From assembly GCA_028291405.1 (NCBI GenBank), contig JAQGID010000226.1:1177-65176 (forward strand): a DNA stretch of 64,000 nt, given 5' to 3'. Every line of letters starts with the position of its first letter. The first letter of the stretch is position 1. This stretch comes from Rhodospirillales bacterium (GTDB lineage Bacteria; Pseudomonadota; Alphaproteobacteria; ATCC43930; CGMCC-115725). The translations under genes were made by a program, and so were the position numbers. Below are positions 25,891 to 34,423 of the stretch, piece by piece. The notes under the pieces were generated by a model. It was not told the origin of the DNA, made no database searches, and saw only the letters and a program-made list of their open reading frames with translations.

Positions 25891-27681
25891 ATGAAAAAAG
25901 CGTGGAATTACCTGCTGGCAATATCGGCCATCGGCATCGTGCCTTCGGTCGCATCGGCGAACGATGAACTGCTGAAGCTCCAGAAGGATCCAAATCAGTG
26001 GGTCATGCCGACGGGCGACTATGCCAATCACCGGTACAGCGAGCTCAAGCAGATCACCAAGGAAAACGTCAAGAATTTGAGGCCGGTTTGGACATTCTCG
26101 ACCGGCGTCTTGCGCGGCCACGAGGGCGCGCCTCTCGTTATCGGCGACATCATGTACGTCCATACGCCGTTTCCGAACTACGTCTATGCGCTCGATCTCA
26201 ACAACGCCGGACGGATCATCTGGAAATACGAGCCGAAGCAGGATCCCTCAGTGATCCCGGTGATGTGCTGCGACACGGTCAATCGCGGCGTTGCCTACGC
26301 CGGCGGCAAGATCATCCTGAACCAGGCCGACGCGAATGTCGTCGCGCTCGATGCCAAGACCGGCAAGGAGCTCTGGCGGGTCCAGAACGGCGACCCGAAG
26401 AAGGGCGAGACCATGACCGCCGCCCCGATGATCGTGAAGGACAAGGTGCTCGTCGGGATCAGCGGCGGCGAGTTCGGCGTCCAGGGCCGCCTCACCGCCT
26501 ATAATCTGGCGGACGGCAAGATGGTCTGGAACGCCTATTCGGTCGGCCCGGACGACCAGATCAAGTTCGATCCCGAGAAGACGACGGAGCTGGGCAAGCC
26601 GGTCGGCAAGGATTCGTCGGTGAAGACCTGGCAGGGCGACCAGTGGAAGATCGGCGGCGGCACGACTTGGGGCTGGTACTCCTACGATCCGCAGCTCAAC
26701 CTAGTTTACTACGGCTCGGGTAACCCAAGCACCTGGAACCCCGTGCAGCGCCCGGGCGACAATAAATGGTCGATGACGATCTTCGCGCGCAACCCGGATA
26801 CCGGCGTCGCGAAATGGGTCTATCAGATGACCCCACACGACGAATGGGACTATGACGGCGTTAATGAGATGATCCTCGCCGATATCCCGGTGAAGGGCCA
26901 GAACGTCAAGGCGCTCGTCCACTTCGACCGTAACGGCTTCGGCTACACGCTCAACCGCGAGAACGGGGCGCTGCTGGTCGCCGAAAAATACGATCCCAAG
27001 GTGAATTGGGCGACGAAGATCGACATGACGACGGGACGGCCGGTCGGCGTCAAGCAGTACAGCACTGAGGCGGGCGGCGAAGACCACAACAGCAAGAACA
27101 TCTGCCCGGCGGCTCTCGGCACCAAGGACCAGCAGCCGGCGGCGTTCTCGCCCAAGACGAACGTGTTCTACGTGCCGACCAACCACGTCTGCATGGACTA
27201 CGAGCCCTTCAAGGTGAGCTACTCGGCCGGCCAGCCCTACGTCGGGGCGACCCTGTCGATGTACCCGCCGCAGGGCGAGCAGACCCTGGGCAATTTCATT
27301 GCCTGGGACGCCGGACAGGGCAAGATCCTGTGGTCCGACCCCGAGCCCTTCTCGGTGTGGTCCGGGGCGCTCGCGACGGCCGGCGACGTCGTCTTCTACG
27401 GCACGCTCGAGGGCTATCTGAAGGCGGTCGACCCGGCGAACGGCAAGGAGCTCTATCGCTTCAAGACCCCGTCGGGGATCATTGGTAACGTGATGACCTA
27501 CGTCCACGGCGGCAAGCAATACATCGCCGTCCTCTCGGGCGTCGGCGGCTGGGCCGGGATCGGCATGGCGGCGGGTCTGAGCAAGGACACTGACGGGCTC
27601 GGCGCCGTCGGCGCCTACAAGGCTCTTTCCAACTATACGCAGCTCGGCGGGACGCTCACGGTGTTCGCCCTGTCGAATTGA
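25891..27681 (+). CDS. xoxF: PQQ-dependent methanol dehydrogenase, XoxF (lanthanide) type
   Basis: Signal peptide; vicinal CC ([10 protein letters not shown]); W-motif propeller repeats; [12 protein letters not shown] carries the extra Asp (DYD) diagnostic of XoxF versus MxaF (DYA/DFA). Confidence 0.95.
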   Translation: MKKAWNYLLAISAIGIVPSVASANDELLKLQKDPNQWVMPTGDYANHRYSELKQITKENVKNLRPVWTFSTGVLRGHEGAPLVIGDIMYVHTPFPNYVYALDLNNAGRIIWKYEPKQDPSVIPVMCCDTVNRGVAYAGGKIILNQADANVVALDAKTGKELWRVQNGDPKKGETMTAAPMIVKDKVLVGISGGEFGVQGRLTAYNLADGKMVWNAYSVGPDDQIKFDPEKTTELGKPVGKDSSVKTWQGDQWKIGGGTTWGWYSYDPQLNLVYYGSGNPSTWNPVQRPGDNKWSMTIFARNPDTGVAKWVYQMTPHDEWDYDGVNEMILADIPVKGQNVKALVHFDRNGFGYTLNRENGALLVAEKYDPKVNWATKIDMTTGRPVGVKQYSTEAGGEDHNSKNICPAALGTKDQQPAAFSPKTNVFYVPTNHVCMDYEPFKVSYSAGQPYVGATLSMYPPQGEQTLGNFIAWDAGQGKILWSDPEPFSVWSGALATAGDVVFYGTLEGYLKAVDPANGKELYRFKTPSGIIGNVMTYVHGGKQYIAVLSGVGGWAGIGMAAGLSKDTDGLGAVGAYKALSNYTQLGGTLTVFALSN

Positions 27682-27700
27682 TGGTTCAGCGCTGACTATC

Positions 27701-27738
27701 GGCGGCATCCCAGAAAGATCGGGATGCCGCCTTTTTTT
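27701..27738 (+). terminator. rho-independent terminator after xoxF
   Basis: GGCGGCATCCC-agaaagatc-GGGATGCCGCC (11-bp stem) followed by TTTTTTT, 20 nt after the xoxF stop. Confidence 0.85.
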
Positions 27739-27796
27739 GGTCGCCGAGTGCCGCGGCGCATGCGCGGCGCTCGCGGTAGATTTTACGGAGCAAGGT

Positions 27797-28264
27797 ATGG
27801 TTATGAAGGGTCGCTGCGGTATCGGTGTTGTGGCATCCGTCGCTGTCGCTACAGGATGCGCGCTCGGGCTTTTGGCGGTCGGCGCCGCAGCCCAGGACAA
27901 GCCCGCCCAGGACAAGCCCGCCCAGGACAAGCCCTACACGGTCGTCGACGGCAAGGTCGACAAGGGCACCTACAATGGCTGGCGGCGTTACACGGAAGCC
28001 TGCCTGCGTTGCCATGGCCCGGACGGGGCGGGCAGCTCATACGCCCCCGACCTTCTGGACTCGCTCAAATCCATGAGCGAGGACCAGTTCAAGGAGGTCG
28101 TGGTCAACGGCCGGCAGAACGTCACGAGCTCGGCGACGAACGTGATGCCGCCGTTCGGCACCGTCGAGGACGTCATGCTCTACCTCGACGACATCTACGC
28201 CTATCTGAAGGCTCGGTCCGACGGTGCGCTCGACCGCGGCCGTCCCGAGCGGATCGAGCAATAG
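27797..28264 (+). CDS. periplasmic mono-haem c-type cytochrome (XoxG-candidate)
   Basis: Signal peptide, a single CLRCH haem motif and a distal NVMPPFG Met ligand region. GGAG RBS. Confidence 0.85.
   Translation: MVMKGRCGIGVVASVAVATGCALGLLAVGAAAQDKPAQDKPAQDKPYTVVDGKVDKGTYNGWRRYTEACLRCHGPDGAGSSYAPDLLDSLKSMSEDQFKEVVVNGRQNVTSSATNVMPPFGTVEDVMLYLDDIYAYLKARSDGALDRGRPERIEQ
27890..27934 (+). repeat. 3 x 15-nt in-frame tandem repeat encoding AQDKP-AQDKP-AQDKP
   Basis: gcccaggacaagccc repeated three times, directly after the predicted signal-peptide cleavage site of the cytochrome. Confidence 0.9.
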
Positions 28265-28320
28265 CGGGCTTTCTTCCGAAGCAAAGCTGAAACAAACCGG
28301 TCTGAGCGGTTCGGCAGCCG

Positions 28321-28351
28321 ATCGGACGGCGGGCGATGCCCGCCGTCCGAT
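28321..28351. terminator. GC-rich hairpin between the convergent cytochrome c and porin genes
   Basis: ATCGGACGGCGGGC-gat-GCCCGCCGTCCGAT, a perfect 14-bp stem. No U-tract on either side. Confidence 0.5.
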
Positions 28352-28358
28352 ACGTCGT

Positions 28359-29852
28359 TCAGAAGAAGACGATGGTGCCGGCTGCGACCGTATCCTCGCT
28401 CGCAGCGTTGCCACCTTGCGCGCGGGAATGCGTGTGAGTGTATTCGGTAACGAGATTGATCCAATCGGTCAGTTTGTAATGGATGCCGAAGGACTCGGAT
28501 TCATTGTCTTTGACAAGGAGCGGATTGACCTCGCCGTTGGCAAGGCCTAGGTGACTCAACCCGTAGCTGCCGCCGACCGTCAGACGCTCGAAAAACGTAT
28601 AGGTCAGTTGCCCGATGTAGCCGTTCGAACTCCGCTTTTCGCCGGTTGCACTGACCGCGTCGAAGAAGAGACCGGTCGTGCCGATGCCGTCGCCGGTGTA
28701 GCCGTACAGCATCAAGGCGGCGCCGCCCAAGGTAAGCTTTGCGCCTACGTCGCCACCGAGGGCACGGTGGGAGGTCGAGGTGGCCGGTGCATCGCCGATG
28801 CCGTTGCTCTTGAAATTCTGCGTCACCATGTTGGTCCAGAATTTCGCACCGACCGGACCAAGGGTGCCGTCCGGCACTGTATACGTGACCTTTGCCTGGA
28901 TTTGCGGCTCGTCGTGCGCCGATAGAGTTCCGGAGACGCCGCTGAAGTTAAAGGCGTTGAGCGGCGTGAAGACGCCGGCCGCGCCTTGCAACCCGGCAAA
29001 TTCCGGCGAGGTGTAAGTGATTTGGGGGATCCAGTCGGTATAGATATAGCCGAGGCCTATGCGGCCAAACGTCGTGTTGGACGGCGCAATATTGCCGCCG
29101 GGGCTGCCTACGCCGAATAGCGTGAAGTCGTTGAGGATGGCTTCCTGAGCGAAGAGGCCGATATCGCGTCCGGCTTTGAAGGTTCCCATGCGCGGGGTGC
29201 CGACCGTGACGAATTGCTGGCGGAAGTCGATGCCGCTCGTGCCGAGCGCGCGGGCATTGCCGGCCGAGTTCGCGCCACCGACGCCGCTGACGCTGTTGAG
29301 GCCCGGATAGAAGCCGAAGGTGACGCCGATGTCGTATCCTTCCTGCCGTGTCTTCAGGTTTATGCTGAAATTTCCCGGTAGCAGACCGTTGCGCACCGAC
29401 GCGGAATTGTTGCCTCCGGTATTCGCGAGGCCGCCGAGGACCGTCGTCGATGGCGAGAGCCTGTCAGGCATATCGTGCACATAGAAGGCGTTGATGTTGC
29501 CGGAGAAGCTGAGATCGACCGGCCCGATGTGCATACCGATGCCCTTATCCATCATGGTGATGAACGGGGTGCTCGGCGCCAGCGCCGGATTAACGCGCGT
29601 CGCGCTCGCCGGCGCCGCTTCCTGCGCGGGCTGCTGCGCCACCGGTGGGGGCGGCGCCTGGCGCTGCTCGGTCGTCTTGCGCTGCTTAAGGGCGAGAAAC
29701 TCCTGCTGGGTCAAGATGCCCTTGGCGCGCAGCTTGTCGAGCAGGTCATCGGTCGTATCGGCGAAGGCCGGTGCGCCGAGCAGCAACACGAGGCCGCCGG
29801 CCAGCGCGGCTGTACGATAGGCAACGACGGAGTCAGGGTTATCCTGCTTCAT
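28359..29852 (-). CDS. outer-membrane porin with Pro/Gln-rich N-terminal linker
   Basis: Signal peptide (..GAPAFA), coiled/Pro-rich segment, long amphipathic beta-strand region, C-terminal ..AAGTIVFF. GGGAGGA RBS. Confidence 0.8.
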   Translation of the reverse strand: MKQDNPDSVVAYRTAALAGGLVLLLGAPAFADTTDDLLDKLRAKGILTQQEFLALKQRKTTEQRQAPPPPVAQQPAQEAAPASATRVNPALAPSTPFITMMDKGIGMHIGPVDLSFSGNINAFYVHDMPDRLSPSTTVLGGLANTGGNNSASVRNGLLPGNFSINLKTRQEGYDIGVTFGFYPGLNSVSGVGGANSAGNARALGTSGIDFRQQFVTVGTPRMGTFKAGRDIGLFAQEAILNDFTLFGVGSPGGNIAPSNTTFGRIGLGYIYTDWIPQITYTSPEFAGLQGAAGVFTPLNAFNFSGVSGTLSAHDEPQIQAKVTYTVPDGTLGPVGAKFWTNMVTQNFKSNGIGDAPATSTSHRALGGDVGAKLTLGGAALMLYGYTGDGIGTTGLFFDAVSATGEKRSSNGYIGQLTYTFFERLTVGGSYGLSHLGLANGEVNPLLVKDNESESFGIHYKLTDWINLVTEYTHTHSRAQGGNAASEDTVAAGTIVFF

Positions 29853-30153
29853 GGCAGCTTCGTCCTCCCGCTCATCCAGCCCGCGCGACGCCGCCGGGCT
29901 CGTTTTATTTCGCGCCGTTCCGCAGCCTTCGAGCTTCCTCGTCGATGTTCAGTAAAGAGAGAACACGACCGAATATGCTCATTAGGAACGGCATCAAAGC
30001 TTTTGACGCGATGAGACGGTGACTGAAATGCAACTATAGTTGTATTGTATTCGAGGCGCGAACGTTAGATGTTGTCAGTGTTGGCGCGGCAGCAACCGAA
30101 AAAATATCGGCTGTCGTAACAATTGTTCTTGGGAGGAACGGGGGGAGGCGCCA

Positions 30154-30690
30154 TTGGCCGACTGCACGCCGAGTGCCGACCTGTCGTCACCACCGCGGCA
30201 TTGCCCGCATTGCGGCAATGCTCGCACTTGTCGCTGGGGATTTTTTCACGGCTCGCAGCGCTATCGGTGCCGACAATGCGGCCGCACGTTCAATGCTTTG
30301 ACCGGAACGCGATATGCACGGCTGCGTAGCGCCGAGCTTTGGCTCGACTACCGCGCGGCGATCGTCGCGCAGCTCAGTATCAGAGGCGCGGCGGACCACT
30401 GCGGAATCAGCGTCCCGACGGCGCGTCGCTGGCGCCGCCGCATCGGTGCGGCGCCCGATCCGGAGATCGACGGGACGAGCGGGCGTACGGCAGTGCCAGA
30501 CAAGGCATCGCACAGCGACATGGGACCGGCATCGGGAATGCGGGACCGCGGCGAGATCGATTTCGTCGAATGGGCCCGTGCCGCGACCGCCATCGACGGC
30601 GGGCATGCCATGCGCGAAAGGCTCGATGTTTTATTCGGGGCGGCTTCGCCCCACGCCGACGCGGAACGGGGAAGTGACAAAAAAAAATAA
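30154..30690 (+). CDS. orphan IS1-InsA / IS1595-N-terminal-like zinc-ribbon plus HTH protein
   Basis: CPHCGNARTCRWGFFHGSQRYRCRQCGRTFNALTG (CxxC..CxxC ribbon), then LSIRGAADHCGISVPTARRWRRRI (HTH). TTG start after GGGGAG; the ORF opens at 30040. No DDE transposase ORF is adjacent. Confidence 0.55.
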   Translation: MADCTPSADLSSPPRHCPHCGNARTCRWGFFHGSQRYRCRQCGRTFNALTGTRYARLRSAELWLDYRAAIVAQLSIRGAADHCGISVPTARRWRRRIGAAPDPEIDGTSGRTAVPDKASHSDMGPASGMRDRGEIDFVEWARAATAIDGGHAMRERLDVLFGAASPHADAERGSDKKK

Positions 30691-30720
30691 AAGCGGCATT
30701 CCAGTTTCCCGGAATGCCGC
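30679..30720 (-). terminator. rho-independent terminator of pqqA
   Basis: Minus strand reads GCGGCATTCC-gggaaac-tGGAATGCCGC followed by TTTTATTTTTTTTT. The U-tract is the complement of the Lys-Lys-Lys-stop end of the convergent zinc-ribbon gene. Confidence 0.8.
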
Positions 30721-30757
30721 CGATCGGTCGTTGGGACCGTCGCGCAGGTGTGAGGTT

Positions 30758-30838
30758 TCAGGCGACTTTCGCGCATGCGTAGCTGTTGATTTCCATTCCG
30801 ACCGGCAATTCGGTGATCCGTGGCTTTGACCAACGCAT
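30758..30838 (-). CDS. pqqA: PQQ precursor peptide PqqA (26 aa)
   Basis: Read by hand because it is too short for the ORF track: MRWSKPRITELPVGMEINSYACAKVA. It has the PqqA hallmarks: W3, KP, and E16-x3-Y20 within G-M-E-I-N-S-Y. GAGGAG RBS 6 nt upstream; terminator 37 nt downstream. Confidence 0.9.
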   Translation of the reverse strand: MRWSKPRITELPVGMEINSYACAKVA

Positions 30839-31062
30839 TTTCCGCTCCTCGGTGAATCAGCCGACACCCGGTGGGCGTCAGTTTGTTAGAGTCGCGCGGA
30901 AACCAAATCTGGCCAATACGCCTTTAGTCGTAGATGGAGGAGCAGCCAGTCCCGCCTGTTGGGAAACGCTCGTGCCGCACCCACGTGAGCAATGGTTGGG
31001 ACAAATGCACTTGCCTGTCGCGCCAAACTCCGCCACGGTCGGTGTTGGAGGAAACGCGCCAA

Positions 31063-31773
31063 ATGTCGCGCATGGACAGAATTCTGATCGCGGACGACCA
31101 CCCGCTGGTGCGCGGCGCTCTCGCGCTGTCCGTCGAGGCGGCCTTCGGCAGGATCGAGATCCTGGAATGTGCCAGCTTCGGCGAGCTCATCGTGCAGCTC
31201 GAACGCACAGGGATCGCCGATCTCGCGCTTCTGGATCTGCTGATGCCGGGAGTGAACGGCTTCGACGGCCTGCTCACCGTGCGCGCCAGGTTTCCGGAGA
31301 CGCCGGTCGTCATCATCTCGGCGCTGGAGGAAAGGCGTCTGGTCGATGAGGCGATCGCCCTCGGCGCCGCCGGTTTCATCCCGAAATCGACGCCGCGTCA
31401 GGACATCGTCGCGGCGCTGCACCGCGTCGCCGCAGGCGAGATCTACATCCCCGCAGACCGTCACGCCGCCGATGCGGCGGCCAGGCGGCCTCTCGACGCG
31501 GAGGATATCGAGATCGCGCAGAAGCTGTCGACCCTTACGACGCAGCAGCTGCGGGTGCTGCGTCTGCTCGGGACGGGAAAGCTCAACAAGGAAATTGCCT
31601 ACGAGCTCGAGATTGCCGAGCCGACCGTGAAGGTCCACGTCTCCGCGATCTTGCAAAAGCTGAAAGTCTACAGCCGCACACAAGCTGTCGTGGTTGCCGG
31701 CCGGCTGCTCTCGACCGAGGTGTTGGAAGAGGCTGGCCAAGGCCGCTTCTCTCGAGAGAGGACGAGCGCCTAG
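31063..31773 (+). CDS. LuxR/FixJ (NarL-type) response regulator
   Basis: Receiver ILIADDHPLVR..LLDLLMPG..FIPKS plus C-terminal HTH LTTQQLRVLRLLGTGKLNKEIAYELEIAEPTVKVHVSAILQKL. Confidence 0.9.
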   Translation: MSRMDRILIADDHPLVRGALALSVEAAFGRIEILECASFGELIVQLERTGIADLALLDLLMPGVNGFDGLLTVRARFPETPVVIISALEERRLVDEAIALGAAGFIPKSTPRQDIVAALHRVAAGEIYIPADRHAADAAARRPLDAEDIEIAQKLSTLTTQQLRVLRLLGTGKLNKEIAYELEIAEPTVKVHVSAILQKLKVYSRTQAVVVAGRLLSTEVLEEAGQGRFSRERTSA

Positions 31774-31795
31774 AGCAGAGCGTCCGTCATCGCCA

Positions 31796-34423
31796 TCAAC
31801 GGAGCATCTGCGTCATCAGCGAGCGAAGCTGCGCCGGCTTGATCGGCTTGTTGAGCAGCCGGCAGCCATGCTCCTTGGCGATGACCTTGACCTCCGACGA
31901 GCGGTTCGCCGTGACGATGATGCAGGGTAGGGCTTTCCCGCACGCCTCCGAAATTCGCCCGATCTCGGTCACGCCGACGGCGCCGTCGTCGAGGTGGAAA
32001 TCGGCGATCACGAGATCCGGCATCGAGGGCAGCGACGGAAGGAGCGCGAGCGCCGCATCGCCCGAGGTCGCGACACAGACGCGACAATTCCACCCGCCGA
32101 GCAGCGCGGTCATGCCGGCAAGGATGCTCGGCTCGTTGTCGATGACCAGGACGAGGGCGCGCGAAAGGCGCTGCTCGGAGGCGCTTCGAGGCGCGGCGCG
32201 CGGCATGGCGACCGGGGCGTCGCCGTAGGGGATCGTCACGTGGAATACCGAGCCGTGGTCAGGCGTCGATCGAACGCCGACGGGAACCTCCAGGGTCTTG
32301 GCGATGCGCTTGACGATCGCCAAGCCCAGGCCGACGCCGCGATCCTGCTTGGCGCGCGCGTTCGGCAGCTGGCGGAACTCCTCGAAAATCTCGTCGAGCT
32401 TTTCCGCCGGAATGCCGATGCCGGTGTCCCATACCTCGATGCGTAGTCCCGCGTTGATTCGGCGGCAACCGATCAGCACGCGTCCCAGGGGCGTGTAACG
32501 CAGCGCATTGCTGAGAAAGTTCTGGATGATGCGACGCAGCAGCCGGACGTCGCAGCGCACGACGCAGCGCGACGGCACCAGGCGAAGCTCCAGTCCGCGC
32601 TTGGCAGCGAGCAGCGTGTACTCGGTCGAGAGCGGGACGAGCAGCGAGCTGATGTGGAAATCGATGATCTCCGGCGAGACGGCGCCGGCGTCGAACTTCG
32701 AGATGTCGAGAAGGGTACCGAGCAGATCCTCGACGCTGCCGAGCGATTCGTCGACGTTGTCGAGAAGCGTCCGGTTGCGCTCGTCCTGGTCCAGCTCGGC
32801 GAGGGCGGAGACGAAAAGGCGGGCGGCGTTCAGCGGCTGCAGCAGATCGTGGCTCGCGGCCGCGAGGAACTTGGTCTTGCCGAGATTGGCCATCTCCGCG
32901 TCGGTCTTTGCGACCTTGAGCGCTGCCTCGATCTCGCGCCGCTCGGCGATCTCCTGCTGCAGCTTCTCGTTCAGGATCGTCAGCGCCGCGGTACGGTCCT
33001 CGACACGCCGCTCGAGCGTCTCGTTGGCTTCCTTGAGCGCGGCGGCGAAAACGCGCCGCTCCGTGATGTCCTGCACCAGCGTGAAGAAGCCGAGAATCTC
33101 GTGGTCGTCCCCGAAATGCGGCACGGAGGTCGCGAGGCCGAACGCCGGGCGGTTCGCGCCAGTCGGCGTCAGCTCGACCTCGAAAGTGACGCTCTCGCCG
33201 GACAGCGCGCGGCCGACGTAGTCCTTGCGGCGCTCATAGAATTCCGCCGGCAGGACCTCGCTCATGCGGCGGCCGATGATGTCGCTCTCGGCCCGCCCGA
33301 TCCAGCGGCAATAGGGCTGATTGACGAACTGATAGATCTGATCGGCGTCGACGTAGGAGATGAGCGCCGGCGTCGCATCGGTGATCAGCCGGATGCGTTG
33401 CTCGCCGTCGCGCAGGGCGTTCTCGATCTGCTTGCGGCGGGTGATGTCGTCGAAGCTCAGGACGAAGCCGCCGTCCGGCATCGGATTGCGCTGGACCTCA
33501 ATGACGCGGCCGCCGAGCCAGGCGACCTCGAATTTGAGCGGCGTCGAATCGTGCGGCTCGAGCCGTTCGCAGAGTACGTCGCCCGGGGTGCCGAGGCGGC
33601 TGATATAGGCGGTGAAATCGGCGAAGCTGGCGTCGCGCCTTACGACCTGCGCCGGGAGGTCGAAGGTGCGAATGAATTCGTTGTTCCAGGCCGCCAGCTT
33701 GAAGTTGCGATCGTAGACGCCGACGCCTTCGAAGATGTTGTCGAGCGTCGCCTGCAAAAGCGTGCTCTTTTCGGACAGCTCGGCCTCGCGCTGCAGGGTC
33801 TCGCGGCGCTTGAGATCTGTGATATCGGTATAGATGCAGACGATGCCGCCGTCGGTCGTACGCTTCTCGTTGACCTGCATCCAGCGCCCATCGCTCAGCG
33901 CATGCACCGAAGGTCCTTGCGGATCGTTGTGCTGGGCAAGGCGCCGCCGTATCCAGTCGTCGGGGTCGCGGTAGGCATCGACCACCGCCTTGCGCTGCGC
34001 CGCGAGGACGACGATCTCGGTGAATGACATGCCGACGCGGATCAGATCCGAAATGCCCGGCCAGAACGTCAGGTAGCGCGGATTGAAGAGCACCAGCCGG
34101 TCGTGCGGATCGAACAGCGAGAACCCCTCGCTGACCGAGCCGATCGCCGCCATGAGCCGACGCTGCGCCGTCTCGAACTGCTCTTTCGCCGCGGCGACCT
34201 CGGCATAGGAACGTTCGAGCTCGCCAGTGCGCTCGCGAACTTTCGCCTCGAGTACGATCGCCGTCTGGAAGAGCGAGAAGGCCGAGCCCTGGGCGTCCAT
34301 GCTGCGCTCGACGCGATCCATTAGGGCAAGGTTGATCTTGCGCAGCTTCGCGATCTCGCGCTCGAGGGCGGCGATGCGGGAGTGCGACTCCTCGGCCGCG
34401 CGAAATGGGAGGATCGAGCTCAT
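31796..34423 (-). CDS. cytoplasmic multi-PAS hybrid sensor histidine kinase / response regulator
   Basis: N-terminal coiled coil and at least three PAS-like blocks. H-box FLAAASHDLLQPLN, N-box FLSNALRYT, G-boxes DTGIGIP and GVGLGLAIV. C-terminal receiver VLVIDNEP..VIADFHLDDG..NKP. No TM segments seen. Confidence 0.9.
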   Translation of the reverse strand: MSSILPFRAAEESHSRIAALEREIAKLRKINLALMDRVERSMDAQGSAFSLFQTAIVLEAKVRERTGELERSYAEVAAAKEQFETAQRRLMAAIGSVSEGFSLFDPHDRLVLFNPRYLTFWPGISDLIRVGMSFTEIVVLAAQRKAVVDAYRDPDDWIRRRLAQHNDPQGPSVHALSDGRWMQVNEKRTTDGGIVCIYTDITDLKRRETLQREAELSEKSTLLQATLDNIFEGVGVYDRNFKLAAWNNEFIRTFDLPAQVVRRDASFADFTAYISRLGTPGDVLCERLEPHDSTPLKFEVAWLGGRVIEVQRNPMPDGGFVLSFDDITRRKQIENALRDGEQRIRLITDATPALISYVDADQIYQFVNQPYCRWIGRAESDIIGRRMSEVLPAEFYERRKDYVGRALSGESVTFEVELTPTGANRPAFGLATSVPHFGDDHEILGFFTLVQDITERRVFAAALKEANETLERRVEDRTAALTILNEKLQQEIAERREIEAALKVAKTDAEMANLGKTKFLAAASHDLLQPLNAARLFVSALAELDQDERNRTLLDNVDESLGSVEDLLGTLLDISKFDAGAVSPEIIDFHISSLLVPLSTEYTLLAAKRGLELRLVPSRCVVRCDVRLLRRIIQNFLSNALRYTPLGRVLIGCRRINAGLRIEVWDTGIGIPAEKLDEIFEEFRQLPNARAKQDRGVGLGLAIVKRIAKTLEVPVGVRSTPDHGSVFHVTIPYGDAPVAMPRAAPRSASEQRLSRALVLVIDNEPSILAGMTALLGGWNCRVCVATSGDAALALLPSLPSMPDLVIADFHLDDGAVGVTEIGRISEACGKALPCIIVTANRSSEVKVIAKEHGCRLLNKPIKPAQLRSLMTQMLR

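Noticed and set aside
27890-27934. The tandem repeat as a CRISPR- or VNTR-type non-coding array.
   Set aside because: It has three in-frame 15-nt units with no spacers, inside a cytochrome c coding sequence. It is a coding linker repeat.
30154-30690. An active insertion sequence.
   Set aside because: Only a zinc-ribbon/HTH ORF is present. I could find no DDE transposase frame, no terminal inverted repeats and no target duplication, so it is not called a mobile element.
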